Positions 1 to 10,561 of a stretch of 64,000 nt of DNA are shown piece by piece. The notes beneath the pieces are model-generated. The model searched no databases. It was not told the DNA's origin and saw only the letters and a program-made list of their open reading frames with translations. The DNA comes from Rebecca billardiae RCC1528. Lineage: Eukaryota; Protista; Haptophyta. Each line of letters opens with the position of its first letter. Position 1 is the first letter of the stretch. Location of the stretch: positions 2,480,001 to 2,544,000 of the forward strand of contig OZ251224.1 in NCBI GenBank assembly GCA_965240325.2, read 5' to 3'. The position numbers and the translations under genes were made by a program.

Positions 1-47
1 CGTACTAGTTATGGTATCAGAAGTCTGTCAACCACCGAACAGCAGTC

Positions 48-1285
48 ACCTCCGCTGGCGGAGCTCGCTAATGAGCCATGCCTTTTGTAAACTAATACAC
101 TCGGCACTTGAACTGAGCTCCGCTGGCGGAGCTTCGGGGGCGCCGAATGCCATTCTTGATGACCCACCTGACTTGAACTGAGCTCCGCTGGCGGAGCGTC
201 GGTGGTCAGCGCCGTGTGTCATATCGGAGAAATAATGCTAAGCCTTTCAACGCATTCATACTCTGCTGTGCCACACATTCAACCTCCGCTGGCGGAGCTC
301 ACTGGCCTATTCGACTTGAACTGAGCTCCACTGGTGGAGCCTCGGCTGCGCCGAATGTCCTTAATCGATGACCCACTCTCGACTTGAGCTGAGCTCCCCT
401 GGCGGAGCTTTGGTGGCGCCGCATGTCATATTGGAGTAACGCGGAAGCGTCAACCGTAGTCATATCTATATTGAGACTCAACCTCCGCTGGCGGAGCTCG
501 CGGACCTACTAGTATTCAACTTTAACTGAGCTCCGCTGGCGGAGCCTCGGCTGTGTCGAATGTCCTTATCGATGGCCGACGTCTTGACTTGAGCTGAGCT
601 CCGCTGGCGGAGCTTTGGTGGCGCCGCATGCCATTTATGGGAATAATGTGAAGCCGTTAACCATAATCATATCCATATTGACACTCAACCTCCGCTGGCG
701 GAGCTCACGGACCTATTCGACTTGAGCTGAGCTCCACTGGCGGAGCTTTGGTGGCGCCGCATATCATATTGGAGTAATGCGAAGCCGTCAACCGTAATCA
801 TACGTATCCATATTGATACTCAACCTCCGCTGGCGGAGCTCACTGGCCTATTCGACTTGAACTGAGCTCCGCTGGCGGAGCCTCGGCTCCGCCGAATGTC
901 CTTATCGATGGCCCACGACTTGACTTGAGCTGAGCTCCGCTGGCGGAGCTTTGGTGGCGCCGCATGTCATATTGGAGTAATGCAAAGCCATTAACTACCG
1001 TAATCATATCCATATTGACACTCAACCTCCGCTGGCGGAGCTCGCGGGCCTATTCAACTTGAACTGAGCTCCGCTGGCGGAGCCTCGGCTGCGCCGAATG
1101 TCCTTATCGATGGCCCACGACTTGACTTGAGCTGAGCTCCGCTGGCGGAGCTTTGGTGGCGCCGAATGTCATATTGGAGTAATGCGAAGTCGTTAACCGT
1201 AATACTATCCATATTGACACTCAACCTCCGCTGGCGGAGCTCACGGGCCTATTCAACTTGAACTGAGCTCCGCTGGCGGAGCCTC
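48..1285 (+). repeat. Left-arm array of ~200-bp units, each carrying three copies of the hairpin motif (GAG)CTCCGC-TG-GCGGAG(CTC)
   Basis: About 19 motif copies. Unit starts recur near 284, 483, 690, 825, 1027 and 1226 (one short unit). The sequences between motifs are themselves repeated from unit to unit. Confidence 0.95.
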
Positions 1286-1879
1286 TGCTTGTGGTTTGCT
1301 GCAATTGGGGCTGGGCAGCCTGGGCTCAGCATGGGGCAGCTGTTCACAGCCCAGGCGGGGCGTCACCGCCTGTGAGCCGTCGGTGGGCAGGGCCGACGGC
1401 GTCGCAGAGCTCATGCGTGGGAGCAGCGCGTCGAGGAAGCGATCAAGGTCGAGAAGGAAGGGGCAAGCAGCAGGGGCTGCCTGTACGTTTGTACATGCCT
1501 CCACACCGGTGCACATCACCCTTGCTCACTGCAGTCGTGAACAGTGCTGCCACTCATCTCATCATCGCTCACCATGCAGTGACGGCCGAGCTGCGGCGAA
1601 CTCTCACAGGCACCGAACACGCATCGGCTGTGCCCGCTGGTGCTGGCATGCGCTGTCCTCTACTTGCTGTCGGACAGCAAGGAGACGGCACAGCCGCATC
1701 TGCGAGCGGGCGAGGTGATGCTGTCCAGTGTCCTCTGCTCAGCGAGGCTGAGAGGCTGAGCACGGATCACGGATAGTGAGCCCTGGTATCTCAACGCATC
1801 CAGGAGAGCAGTTGGTGCATGCCTGTGCTCAGACGTGCAGGACCAACCATCCGGTGCTGATTCAAGCACCCGCGCCAAC

Positions 1880-2900
1880 AGCGGCGGCACTCAACTCCAC
1901 GCTGCTGATGCGGCCGCACAGCTGCAGGGATGGTACCACGGCGGGCGACGGCGGGCGCTGCAGCTGGCAGCTCGGTGGTGCCTGCCCGAGGGGCCTGGGC
2001 GCCGGGCGCACCGAGCGCGATGACGCCTCTCGCATCGCCCAGCGCGCTGGAGCCGCTGTCATCCGATGCTGCTGTGCCCGCGCCCAGCTTGGGCTGCAGC
2101 AGCTGCGCTCGACTCCGCGCCGAGTGCGGCGGCAGCAGCGGGGATGGTGCCACCGCGGGCTGCGGCAGGCGCTGCGGCTGGCAGCTCGGTGGTGCGCGCC
2201 CGATGGGCCTGGGCGCTGGGCACAGCGAGCGCGGTGACGCTGCTCGCCTCGCCCAGCGCGCTGGAGCCGCTGCCATCGCGCGCTGCGCTGCCCGCGCCCA
2301 GCTTGGGCTGCCGCAGCTGCACTCAACTCCTCGCCGAGTGCGGCGGCAGCAGCAGGGATGGTACCACGCGGGCGGCGGCTATCACTTTGGCTGGCAGCTC
2401 GGTGGTGCCTGCCCGAGGGGCCTGGGCGGTGGACGCACCGAGCGCGATGACGTTGCTCGCCTCGCCCAGCGCGCTGGAGCCGCTGCCATCCGGCGCTGCG
2501 GTGTCCGCGGCTCCGCGCCCCGCCGGGGCAGCTAGCTGTCACAGCTGGCAGCTGCGCTCGACTCCGCGCCAGTGGGAGGGATGATGCCTCGGCGGGTGGT
2601 GGCGGTCGATGCAGCTGGCAGCTCGGTGGTGCGCGCCCGAGGGGCGTGACCGGCCTAGGCAGCAGCAGCTGCGCTCGACTCCGCGCCGATTGTGGCTGCA
2701 GCAGCAGGGAAGGCGCCACTGGCTGCGGCGGAGGTGGATGCAGCGATCAGCTCGGTTGTGTGCGCGCGAGGGGCCTGGGCGGCAGACGCGCCCAATGCGG
2801 TGACGCCGATGCACGCGTCCGATATGCTGGCCAGCAGCAGCCGTTGTGACACTTCTTCCGCCGGCTGACGGCAGCAGGCGGTACCATCGGTCACATTGGT
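1880..2900 (+). repeat. Degenerate GC-rich ~215-bp tandem repeat inside the foldback element (mirrored at ~3660-4590)
   Basis: CTGGCAGCTCGGTGGTG recurs near 1963, 2178, 2391 and 2615 with shared flanking sequence. Inverted copies occur in the right arm. Confidence 0.85.
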
Positions 2901-5184
2901 GAATTCGATCGGGGAGAACCCGGCAGGCCTCAGCCCCGGACACTGCTGCCTGCCAATGACCTGTGAGGGCCGCAGGCCTTCCGGGGCACGGGGGCCGCTG
3001 CGGTCAGCTCTTTGAGCTAGCCCGGCGCCGGGCGCGCGAACAAGTACGGCCCGGCGTCGGTGAGGCCGAGCAAGGCGCGCCGAAGTGCCGCGGCCCAGAT
3101 CTCAGCGCACGCATCATCAGTACTACGACATCACTGCGCCGCGGATATGCATCAGATAGCGCGACTGATGATGATGATGCGCCGCGCGCTCCCCGCTGAC
3201 CGGAGCCCGACTACGAGTAGCAGGCGCGCATGATCTGAGCTGAGTACGTAAGTAGCCCGTGTCATCCAGTGGCGGTGTCACACTTATGTGACTCAGGAGT
3301 CGGAGGAGTCGTTATCGTCATATCGTCATCATCATCATGAAGACGCGCAATAAAACGGTCATCAGGCGGACCTGCGCTACCATACGCCGTCAATGTAATG
3401 CTGAGGGCGAGGCCGGCAGCGTAGTCGTAACCTACGACTACTACGTACAGAAAAAAGTATAGCGCCATCATAAGAAGAGTAGCTGCGTGTGACTCGTCAC
3501 CGCGTTCTCAAAACTCCTGCGCTGCTGATCGGGACTCGGACGTACGCCGTCTTAAGCCTATATACCGGCGTGCGGTCGCAAGTCAATTCACGCGGCCCCT
3601 GCGACTCAGCGGCTCACTCACCTGGCTCATACGCAGCAACCGAGCAGTCACGGAGATCTGAGCAGCAGCTGTTAATTACCAGCCTGCTGCTGCTGCTGCC
3701 TGCGGCCGCACGCGGCGTGGAGTCGAGCGCACAGTCCGCAGCTGCCCGAACGGTTCAGCAGCATCAAATGGCAGCGGCTCGAGCGTGATAGGGGAAGCGA
3801 GGGGCGTCAGCTCGCTCGGCGCGTCCGTCGCCCAGGCCCCTTGGGCAGGCACCGTCGAGCTACCAGCTGCAGCGACTGCCGCCGCTCGCCGTGGTACAAT
3901 CCCTGCTGCTGCCGCCGCACGGGTGCGGAGTCGAGCGCACCTCGTGCTGCTCCGGCTGGGCGCGGACACCGCAGCGCCGGATGGCAAACGGCTCCAGCGC
4001 GCTGGGCGAGGCGAGCAACGTCACCGCGCTCGGTGCGTCCACCGCCCAGGCCCCTCGGGCAGGCACCACCGAGCTGCCAGCCAAAGTGATAGCCGCCGCC
4101 CGACGTGGCAACATCCCTGCTGCCACCGCACTCGGCGCGGAGTCGAGCGCAGCTGCGGCAGCCCACGCTCGACGCGGGCACAGCAGCGCCCGGTGGCAGC
4201 GGCTCCAGCGCGCTGGGCGAGGCGAGCAACGTCACCGCGCTCGCTGCACCCAGCGCCCAGGCCCCTCGGGCGCGCACCACCGAGCTGCCAGCTGCAGCGC
4301 CTGCCGCAGCCCGCGGTGGCACCATCCCCGCTGCTGCCGCCGCACTCGGCGCGGAGTCGAGCGCAGCTGCTGCAGCCCAAGCTGGGCGCGGGCACAGCAG
4401 CGTCGGATGACAGCGGCTCCAGCGCGCTGGGCGATGCGAGAGGCGTCATCGCGCTCGGTGCGCCCGGCGCCCAGGCCCCTCGGGCAGGCACCACCGAGCT
4501 GCCAGCTGCAGCGCCCGCCGTCGCCCGCCGTGGTACCATCCCTGCAGCTGTGCGGCCGCATCAGCAGCGTGGAGTTGAGTGCCGCCGCTGTTGGCGCGGG
4601 TGCTTGAATCAGCACCGGATGGTTGGTCCTGCACGTCTGAGCACAGGCATGCACCAACTGCTCTCCTGGATGCGTTGAGATACCAGGGCTCACTATCCGT
4701 GATCCGTGCTCAGCCTCTCAGCCTCGCTGAGCAGAGGACACTGGACAGCATCACCTCGCCCGCTCGCAGATGCGGCTGTGCCGTCTCCTTGCTGTCCGAC
4801 AGCAAGTAGAGGACAGCGCATGCCAGCACCAGCGGGCACAGCCGATGCGTGTTCGGTGCCTGTGAGAGTTCGCCGCAGCTCGGCCGTCACTGCATGGTGA
4901 GCGATGATGAGATGAGTGGCAGCACTGTTCACGACTGCAGTGAGCAAGGGTGATGTGCACCGGTGTGGAGGCATGTACAAACGTACAGGCAGCCCCTGCT
5001 GCTTGCCCCTTCCTTCTCGACCTTGATCGCTTCCTCGACGCGCTGCTCCCACGCATGAGCTCTGCGACGCCGTCGGCCCTGCCCACCGACGGCTCACAGG
5101 CGGTGACGCCCCGCCTGGGCTGTGAACAGCTGCCCCATGCTGAGCCCAGGCTGCCCAGCCCCAATTGCAGCAAACCACAAGCAG

Positions 5185-7012
5185 AGGCTCCGCCAGCGGA
5201 GCTCAGTTCAAGTTGAATACGTCCGTGAGCTCCGCCAGCGGAGGTTGAGTGTCAATATGGATAGTATTACGGTTAACGACTTCGCATTACTCCAATATGA
5301 CATTCGGCGCCACCAAAGCTCCGCCAGCGGAGCTCAGCTCAAGTCAAGTCGTGGGCCAGATGTCGATAAGGACATTCGGCGCAGCCGAGGCTCCGCCAGC
5401 GGAGCTCAGTTCAAGTTGAATAGGCCCGCGAGCTCCGCCAGCGGAGGTTGAGTGTCAATATGGATATGATTACGGTAGTTAACGGCGTTGCATTACTCCA
5501 ATATGACATGCGGCGCCACCAAAGCTCCGCCAGCGGAGCTCAGCTCAAGTCAAGTGGGCCATCGATAAGGACATTCGGCGCAGCCGAGGCTCCGCCAGCG
5601 GAGCTCAGTTCAAGTTGAATAGGCCCGCGAGCTCCGCCAGTGGAGGTTGAGTGTCAATATGGATATGATTACGGTAGTTAACGGCGTTGCATTACTCCAA
5701 TATGACATGCGGCGCCACCAAAGCTCCGCCAGCGGAGCTCAGCTCAAGTCAAGTGGGCCATCGATAAGGACATTCGGCGGAGCCGAGGCTCCGCCAGCGG
5801 AGCTCAGTTCAAGTTGAATAGGCCCGCGAGCTCCGCCAGCGGAGGTTGAGTGTCAATATGGATATGATTACGGTAGTTAGCGGCTTTGCATTACTACAAT
5901 ATGACATGCGGCGCCACCAAAGCTCCGCCAGCGGAGCTCAGCTCAAGTCAAGACGTGGGCCATCGATAAGGACATTCGGCGGAGCCGAGGCTCCGCCAGC
6001 GGAGCTCAGTTCAAGTCGAATAGGTCCGTGAGCTCCGCCAGCGGAGGTTGAGTATCAATATGGATATATGATTACGGTTGACGGCTTCGCATTACTCCAA
6101 TATGATATGCGGCGCCACCAAAGCTCCGCCAGCGGAGCTCAGCTCAAGTCGAATAGGTCCGTGAGCTCCGCCAGCGGAGGTTGAGTGTCAATATGGATAT
6201 GATTATGGTTAACGGCTTCACATTATTCCCATAAATGGCATGCGGCGCCACCAAAGCTCCGCCAGCGGAGCTCAGCTCAAGTCAAGACGTCGGCCATCGA
6301 TAAGGACATTCGACACAGCCGAGGCTCCGCCAGCGGAGCTCAGTTAAAGTTGAATACTAGTAGGTCCGCTAGCTCCGCCAGCGGAGGTTGAGTCTCAATA
6401 TAGATATGACTACGGTTGACGCTTCCGCGTTACTCCAATATGGCATGCGGCGCCACCAAAGCTCCGCCAGGGGAGCTCAGCTCAAGTCGAGAGTGGGTCA
6501 TCGATTAAGGACATTAGGACATTCGGCGCAGCCGAGGCTCCACCAGTGGAGCTCAGTTCAAGTCGAATAGGCCAGTGAGCTCCGCCAGCGGAGGTTGAAT
6601 GTGTGGCACGACAGCAGAGTATGAATGCGTTGAAAGGCTTAGCATTATTTCTCCAATATGACACACGGCGCTGACCACCGACGCTCCGCCAGCGGAGCTC
6701 AGTTCAAGTCAGGTGGGTCATCAAGAATGGCATTCGGCGCCCCCGAAGCTCCGCCAGCGGAGCTCAGTTCAAGTGCCGAGTGTATTAGTTTACAAAGGCA
6801 TGGCTCATTAGCGAGCTCCACCAGCGGAGGTGACTGCTGTTCGGTGGTTGACAGACTTCTGGTATAACTAGTTTGTTGTGTCAATCCTGCAAGTGCAAGC
6901 GGCCAGGCTCCGCCAGCGGAGCATTCCATGCTCCGCCAGCGGGGATTTTTCGTGGCCACAAAAATCTCCGCCGGCGGAGGGTCTGGGTCTTGCCCGATGC
7001 TCCGCTGGCGGG
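5185..7012 (-). repeat. Right-arm array of the same ~200-bp hairpin-motif units, with two more units than the left arm
   Basis: CTCCGCCAGCGGAGGTTGA-type unit starts near 5230, 5433, 5632, 5831, 6033, 6166, 6373 and 6580. Further motif copies continue up to the CACTA terminus. Confidence 0.95.
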
Positions 7013-7073
7013 GATTTTTTGTAGTGACTGCCCTGCCTCAGGGCAGATTAGCACCACTGCACTGAGCACCAGC

Positions 7074-8060
7074 ATGGCGGCCGAAGCCCCGGCGGCCACG
7101 TCGCTGCTGATCTCGGCCGAGGCCCTCGAGCGCCTCAGCCCGCAGGAGTACTACGGCCGCTACCTCGAGAGCGGCCTGCGCCCCGACGGCCGCTCCCTCG
7201 GAGAAGCGCGCCAGGCGACGCTCGCCACCTCGGTCGTGCGCACGGCGATCGGCTCGGCGAGCGTGCGGCTCGGACGCACCTGCGTGATCGCCGGCGTCAC
7301 GTGCGAGGCGCTGGTGGTGGCGGGCAAGGGCAGCGACGACTCGGGCGAAGTGCACGTGCACTTTGAGGCGCCTGGGCTCTCTGGCATGCGGCTGCGCGCG
7401 CCCACAGCCGCGGATGGCGTCGAGGGCTGGCTGCAGCAAATCCTGGCGCGTGCGCGCGTGCTCGCGCCACACGCGCTCCGGATCACGCCGGAGGCGGCGG
7501 CGTGGGCGCTGCACGTGGACGTGTACTGCCTCGAGCACGACGGCAACATCCTGGACGCGGCGCTGCTCGCCGCCCTCGCCGCGCTCAAGGATACCCGCCT
7601 CCCGCCGGCACGGTACGACGAGAGCAACGCGCGTGTGCTGGTGGGCGCGGCCGCGACCGACGGCCAGCCGGTCGATCCAATGGCGGGCGCGCGCCTCGAG
7701 CTGATCGCGTGCCCGCTCCCGCTCACCCTCGTCCGCGCGCTTCGCTGCACGCTCGCCGACCCGAGCGCCGACGAAGAAGCCTTTGCCGAGGCGCGCATCA
7801 CCGTCGTCGTGGACAGCGTCACCTCGGAGGTGGCCGTGCACAAGCCTGGCGGCGCGCCGCTCACAGATGACGAGCTGCGCGCATGCATCAACGCATCGCG
7901 GGCGCGCGCGGATGTGCTCGCCAAGCTGATGCAGGACGCGCTCCGCGCGGCTGCGACGGCGGCTCCTGAGGGCGACGCAGTGGCCGTGCCCGCCTCATCG
8001 GCGGCGAAGAATAAGCGCCGTCGGGATTCAGGCAATGCAGGTGGCCCCACGCCCACGTGA
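7074..8060 (+). CDS. RRP43: RNA exosome complex RNase PH-like subunit Rrp43/EXOSC8
   Basis: EALERLSPQEYYGRYLESGLRPDGR, GSASVRLGRTCVIAGV, LEHDGNILDAALLAALAALKDTRLP, ADPSADEE and HKPGG match the Rrp43 pattern. First ATG at 7074; the ORF-track extension to 6873 lies in the transposon end. Confidence 0.88.
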   Translation: MAAEAPAATSLLISAEALERLSPQEYYGRYLESGLRPDGRSLGEARQATLATSVVRTAIGSASVRLGRTCVIAGVTCEALVVAGKGSDDSGEVHVHFEAPGLSGMRLRAPTAADGVEGWLQQILARARVLAPHALRITPEAAAWALHVDVYCLEHDGNILDAALLAALAALKDTRLPPARYDESNARVLVGAAATDGQPVDPMAGARLELIACPLPLTLVRALRCTLADPSADEEAFAEARITVVVDSVTSEVAVHKPGGAPLTDDELRACINASRARADVLAKLMQDALRAAATAAPEGDAVAVPASSAAKNKRRRDSGNAGGPTPT

Positions 8061-8562
8061 CGACCCGGCCCTGACATTCACGGAGCCACATTGAGACTCT
8101 GGGTCTGACGCAGCCAAGCTCAGAGTGTGCCACTTGGGGAGTCCCATGATTGCGGCCAGACGGCTCGTCACTGCATCCATACAGTGGCGCGCATCAGTAG
8201 TGAGTGTCACCGTCCGGGCGGACGAACTCACGAACTTCTGCCTGCTCAGTCCGGTCAACAACCGATCCGACAGCCGCCGTGCCTACTGCCCCGCGGTTCG
8301 GTCATCAAGTACTAATAGCAGTATTTGTGACGAGCGCCTTGAAGTACATCAGCGTCGCAGACGTCGAGTTTGGCGTGTCGCTCGACTTCTTTCGGAGCCC
8401 GCACTCCACAGCCTCCGGAAGAAGGCGCCAGAACGCGGCAGAGTGCGCGAATTCGTGGGCTACTTGCACTTTACGCACAAATTCGGGCCACGGGGCGCAC
8501 GATGGCGGCTGCCTGACACCGCCGCGTCGTCGCATCGAATTCGATGGCTCGGGCTTCGGTTG

Positions 8563-8595
<33 letters not shown>

Positions 8596-9116
8596 CAGAG
8601 ACGGGCCGCGAGCATCACCGTATATATATATATAGTGAGCTTGCTATAGTGCTACTGGCGTGATTCAATCTGAGCGTACGCAGTGACGACCAGCTTCAAA
8701 GTGAGTGAGTGACTGAGGCACGCGGGATCGGGGACGGGAGTGACGCCTCATGAATGACGCCGGATGACGCGGGAGCCGCCAGCACTGCGTGCCTATGTCC
8801 GAATTATATATATGCGATATGCGCTACATATACGACTACTAGCGGTACTTGACTCTTGAGTCATACTCATAATCATTCTCTTGAGCCTTGAGGCCGCAGA
8901 TCAGCTGATCAGCAGATGACGATGGCCAAGATTTCACTAATCAGGTGCCGCCTATAGCTGCTAGCATGCGTAGCAGATGATGACTCATCAGTGGCATTGA
9001 CTGTCTGATACAGTAAGCTACGGCAGGCACCCTCTTGACCGCATACAGTAGGCCATAGCCAGGCAGCAGGCTCCCGAACAGCGAGGTAGGCAGGATGCTC
9101 ATCCGCGCCACTGGTC

Positions 9117-10297
9117 TCACCAGCCAAAGACGTACTCGGTGACGCGCAGCCATAACCCGCCGAGCCCTGAGTACGGCTGCGCGGCGGTGCGTGCCGGCAC
9201 GCCCGCGTGCTGCGACACAGACGGCCGTGCCTCGAGGCGCGTGCTGAGCGCAGGGCGCGTCGGCGCGAGCCACGCCGTCTGCTTGACGGCCGTGCTGCCT
9301 CCTATCAAGTCGGATGGCGGGCTCGCGCCGCGCGGGTGGATCCCACGCAGCACGCCGATCATCGAGCCGCTCACGACACGGCCGTTCTTAGCCAGCGCCT
9401 CCTCCTGCTCCAGCTGCGAGCCAAACCTGCGCGTGCGCGCCGCAGCGCGGTGTGCGCGTGGCGGCGCGGGCCGCCACGTGAGCCGCACGCGCGGGCGCGG
9501 GCACGGGCGCGCGCGCGCGCGCACAGCCGCACCTGACGTAGACCCAGTTGCCGCCGCCCTGCCGGTGCGCGAGCATGGCGCCGCTCGACGGCTGCAGCTC
9601 TCGGAGCACCAGAGCGAGCACGTCCGGCATGAAGCCAAAGACCGTCACCCAGAACGCGTCCTCAGGGGCGGGCGTGGCCGCCTCGGGGCCGTCGGCGCCG
9701 GCCGAGCCGCGCAGGCTGTGCGCGAGGATGTGGGTGGGCGCACGGGACGCGCGGCGCGCGTGAGCGAGCACGCGCGCGCGCGCGCTCGCAACGCGCCGCG
9801 GCTGCGCACCCGAGGGGCCCGGTGGGCGGCTGCTGCGCTCCGCCCTCGTTCTGGTGCGCGTCCGCCTCGGGGCGAGCGTCGGGCCCGAGCGTTGCGGCGC
9901 CGCGATCGTCGAGCATGCTCACCAGCGGAGGCGCGTCCTGCGCCTCCGCATGCGCCGGACCGCTGTGCAGCATGCCGCCGTCCGCGCCCGGCCTCGGCGC
10001 GGCCCCGGCACCAAAACCAAACGGGGACGGCTGCGGCTCGCGCGAGGGCTGGCGGAAGCCGTAGTCGCCGGCGGAGCCGAAGCGCGAGGCGGGCGTGGCC
10101 GCACTGTTCGCACGCGGCATCGCCGAGGGCAGCAGGAACGACGTCCATGGATCGCTGCCGGGCATATCGCCCGCACGCGTGAAGGAGCCGGAGCCGAAGA
10201 GGTTGCCGCCCTGCGGCGGCCGCTCGGCGCCAGAGCCTGGCTGGCCAAAGTGCACGGCGGGAGGTGTGAATGGCGACTGCCCGGGGTAGGAGCCCAT
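9117..10297 (-). CDS. NUP35: Nucleoporin Nup35/Nup53 (3 exons; introns 9716-9809 and 9427-9532)
   Basis: Spliced RRM-like domain WVTVFGF...GNWVYVR|FGSQLEQEEALAKNGRVVSGSMIGV and the C-terminal amphipathic motif EYVFGW-stop are typical of Nup35. GT-AG junctions restore the frame. Start codon is tentative. Confidence 0.9.
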
Positions 10298-10561
10298 GCC
10301 GATCGCCGCCACCTGCCCAGTCTAGGGCTTGGCGGTGCGTACCCGGCGTCGCGGCCACGACGTTCGCGCGCGTGCGCTGTCGAGTGCGGCTCTCGTCGCG
10401 GCGTTGGCGCTTTTCAATTCACCAGGATTTCCGATTTCGGGCTTTCGATCGGCACGATGGCGGCGGCGGAACCTGACGAAGCAGGCTCATCAATCCACCC
10501 AAGCACAGCCGTTTGACCTCGCCCCACGCCGCTGGCGAGCGGCGGGCCGCGCGTCGCGATC

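Larger units (their letters stand above)
1..7026. mobile_element. Non-autonomous foldback-type CACTA (En/Spm-like) DNA transposon; left terminus lies upstream of the window
   Basis: Right end reads ...GGGATTTTTTGTAGTG (ends 7026), i.e. CACTACAAAAAATCCC on the minus strand, matching the CACTACAA terminus of En/Spm elements. About 4-2509 is the reverse complement of about 3961-6872, and the ORF track shows mirrored identical ORFs (e.g. 1291..1776+ = 4693..5178-). Dense subterminal CTCCGCTGGCGGAG repeats. No transposase ORF recognised. Confidence 0.8.

Noticed and set aside
48-6830. CRISPR array
   Set aside because: Linkers are repeated rather than unique, there are no cas genes, the context is eukaryotic, and the arrays sit in inverted arms ending in a CACTA terminus.
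299-6959. Small ORFs in the foldback arms (MSVNMD..., Ala/Arg-rich ORFs)
   Set aside because: By-products of repeats and high GC, with no recognisable domain.
6873-7073. N-terminal extension of RRP43
   Set aside because: Starts at a non-ATG codon inside the transposon end; homology begins after ATG 7074.
8125-8649. 174-aa ORF or minus-strand gene fragment
   Set aside because: Non-ATG start, runs into poly-C and TA repeats, and no family recognised.
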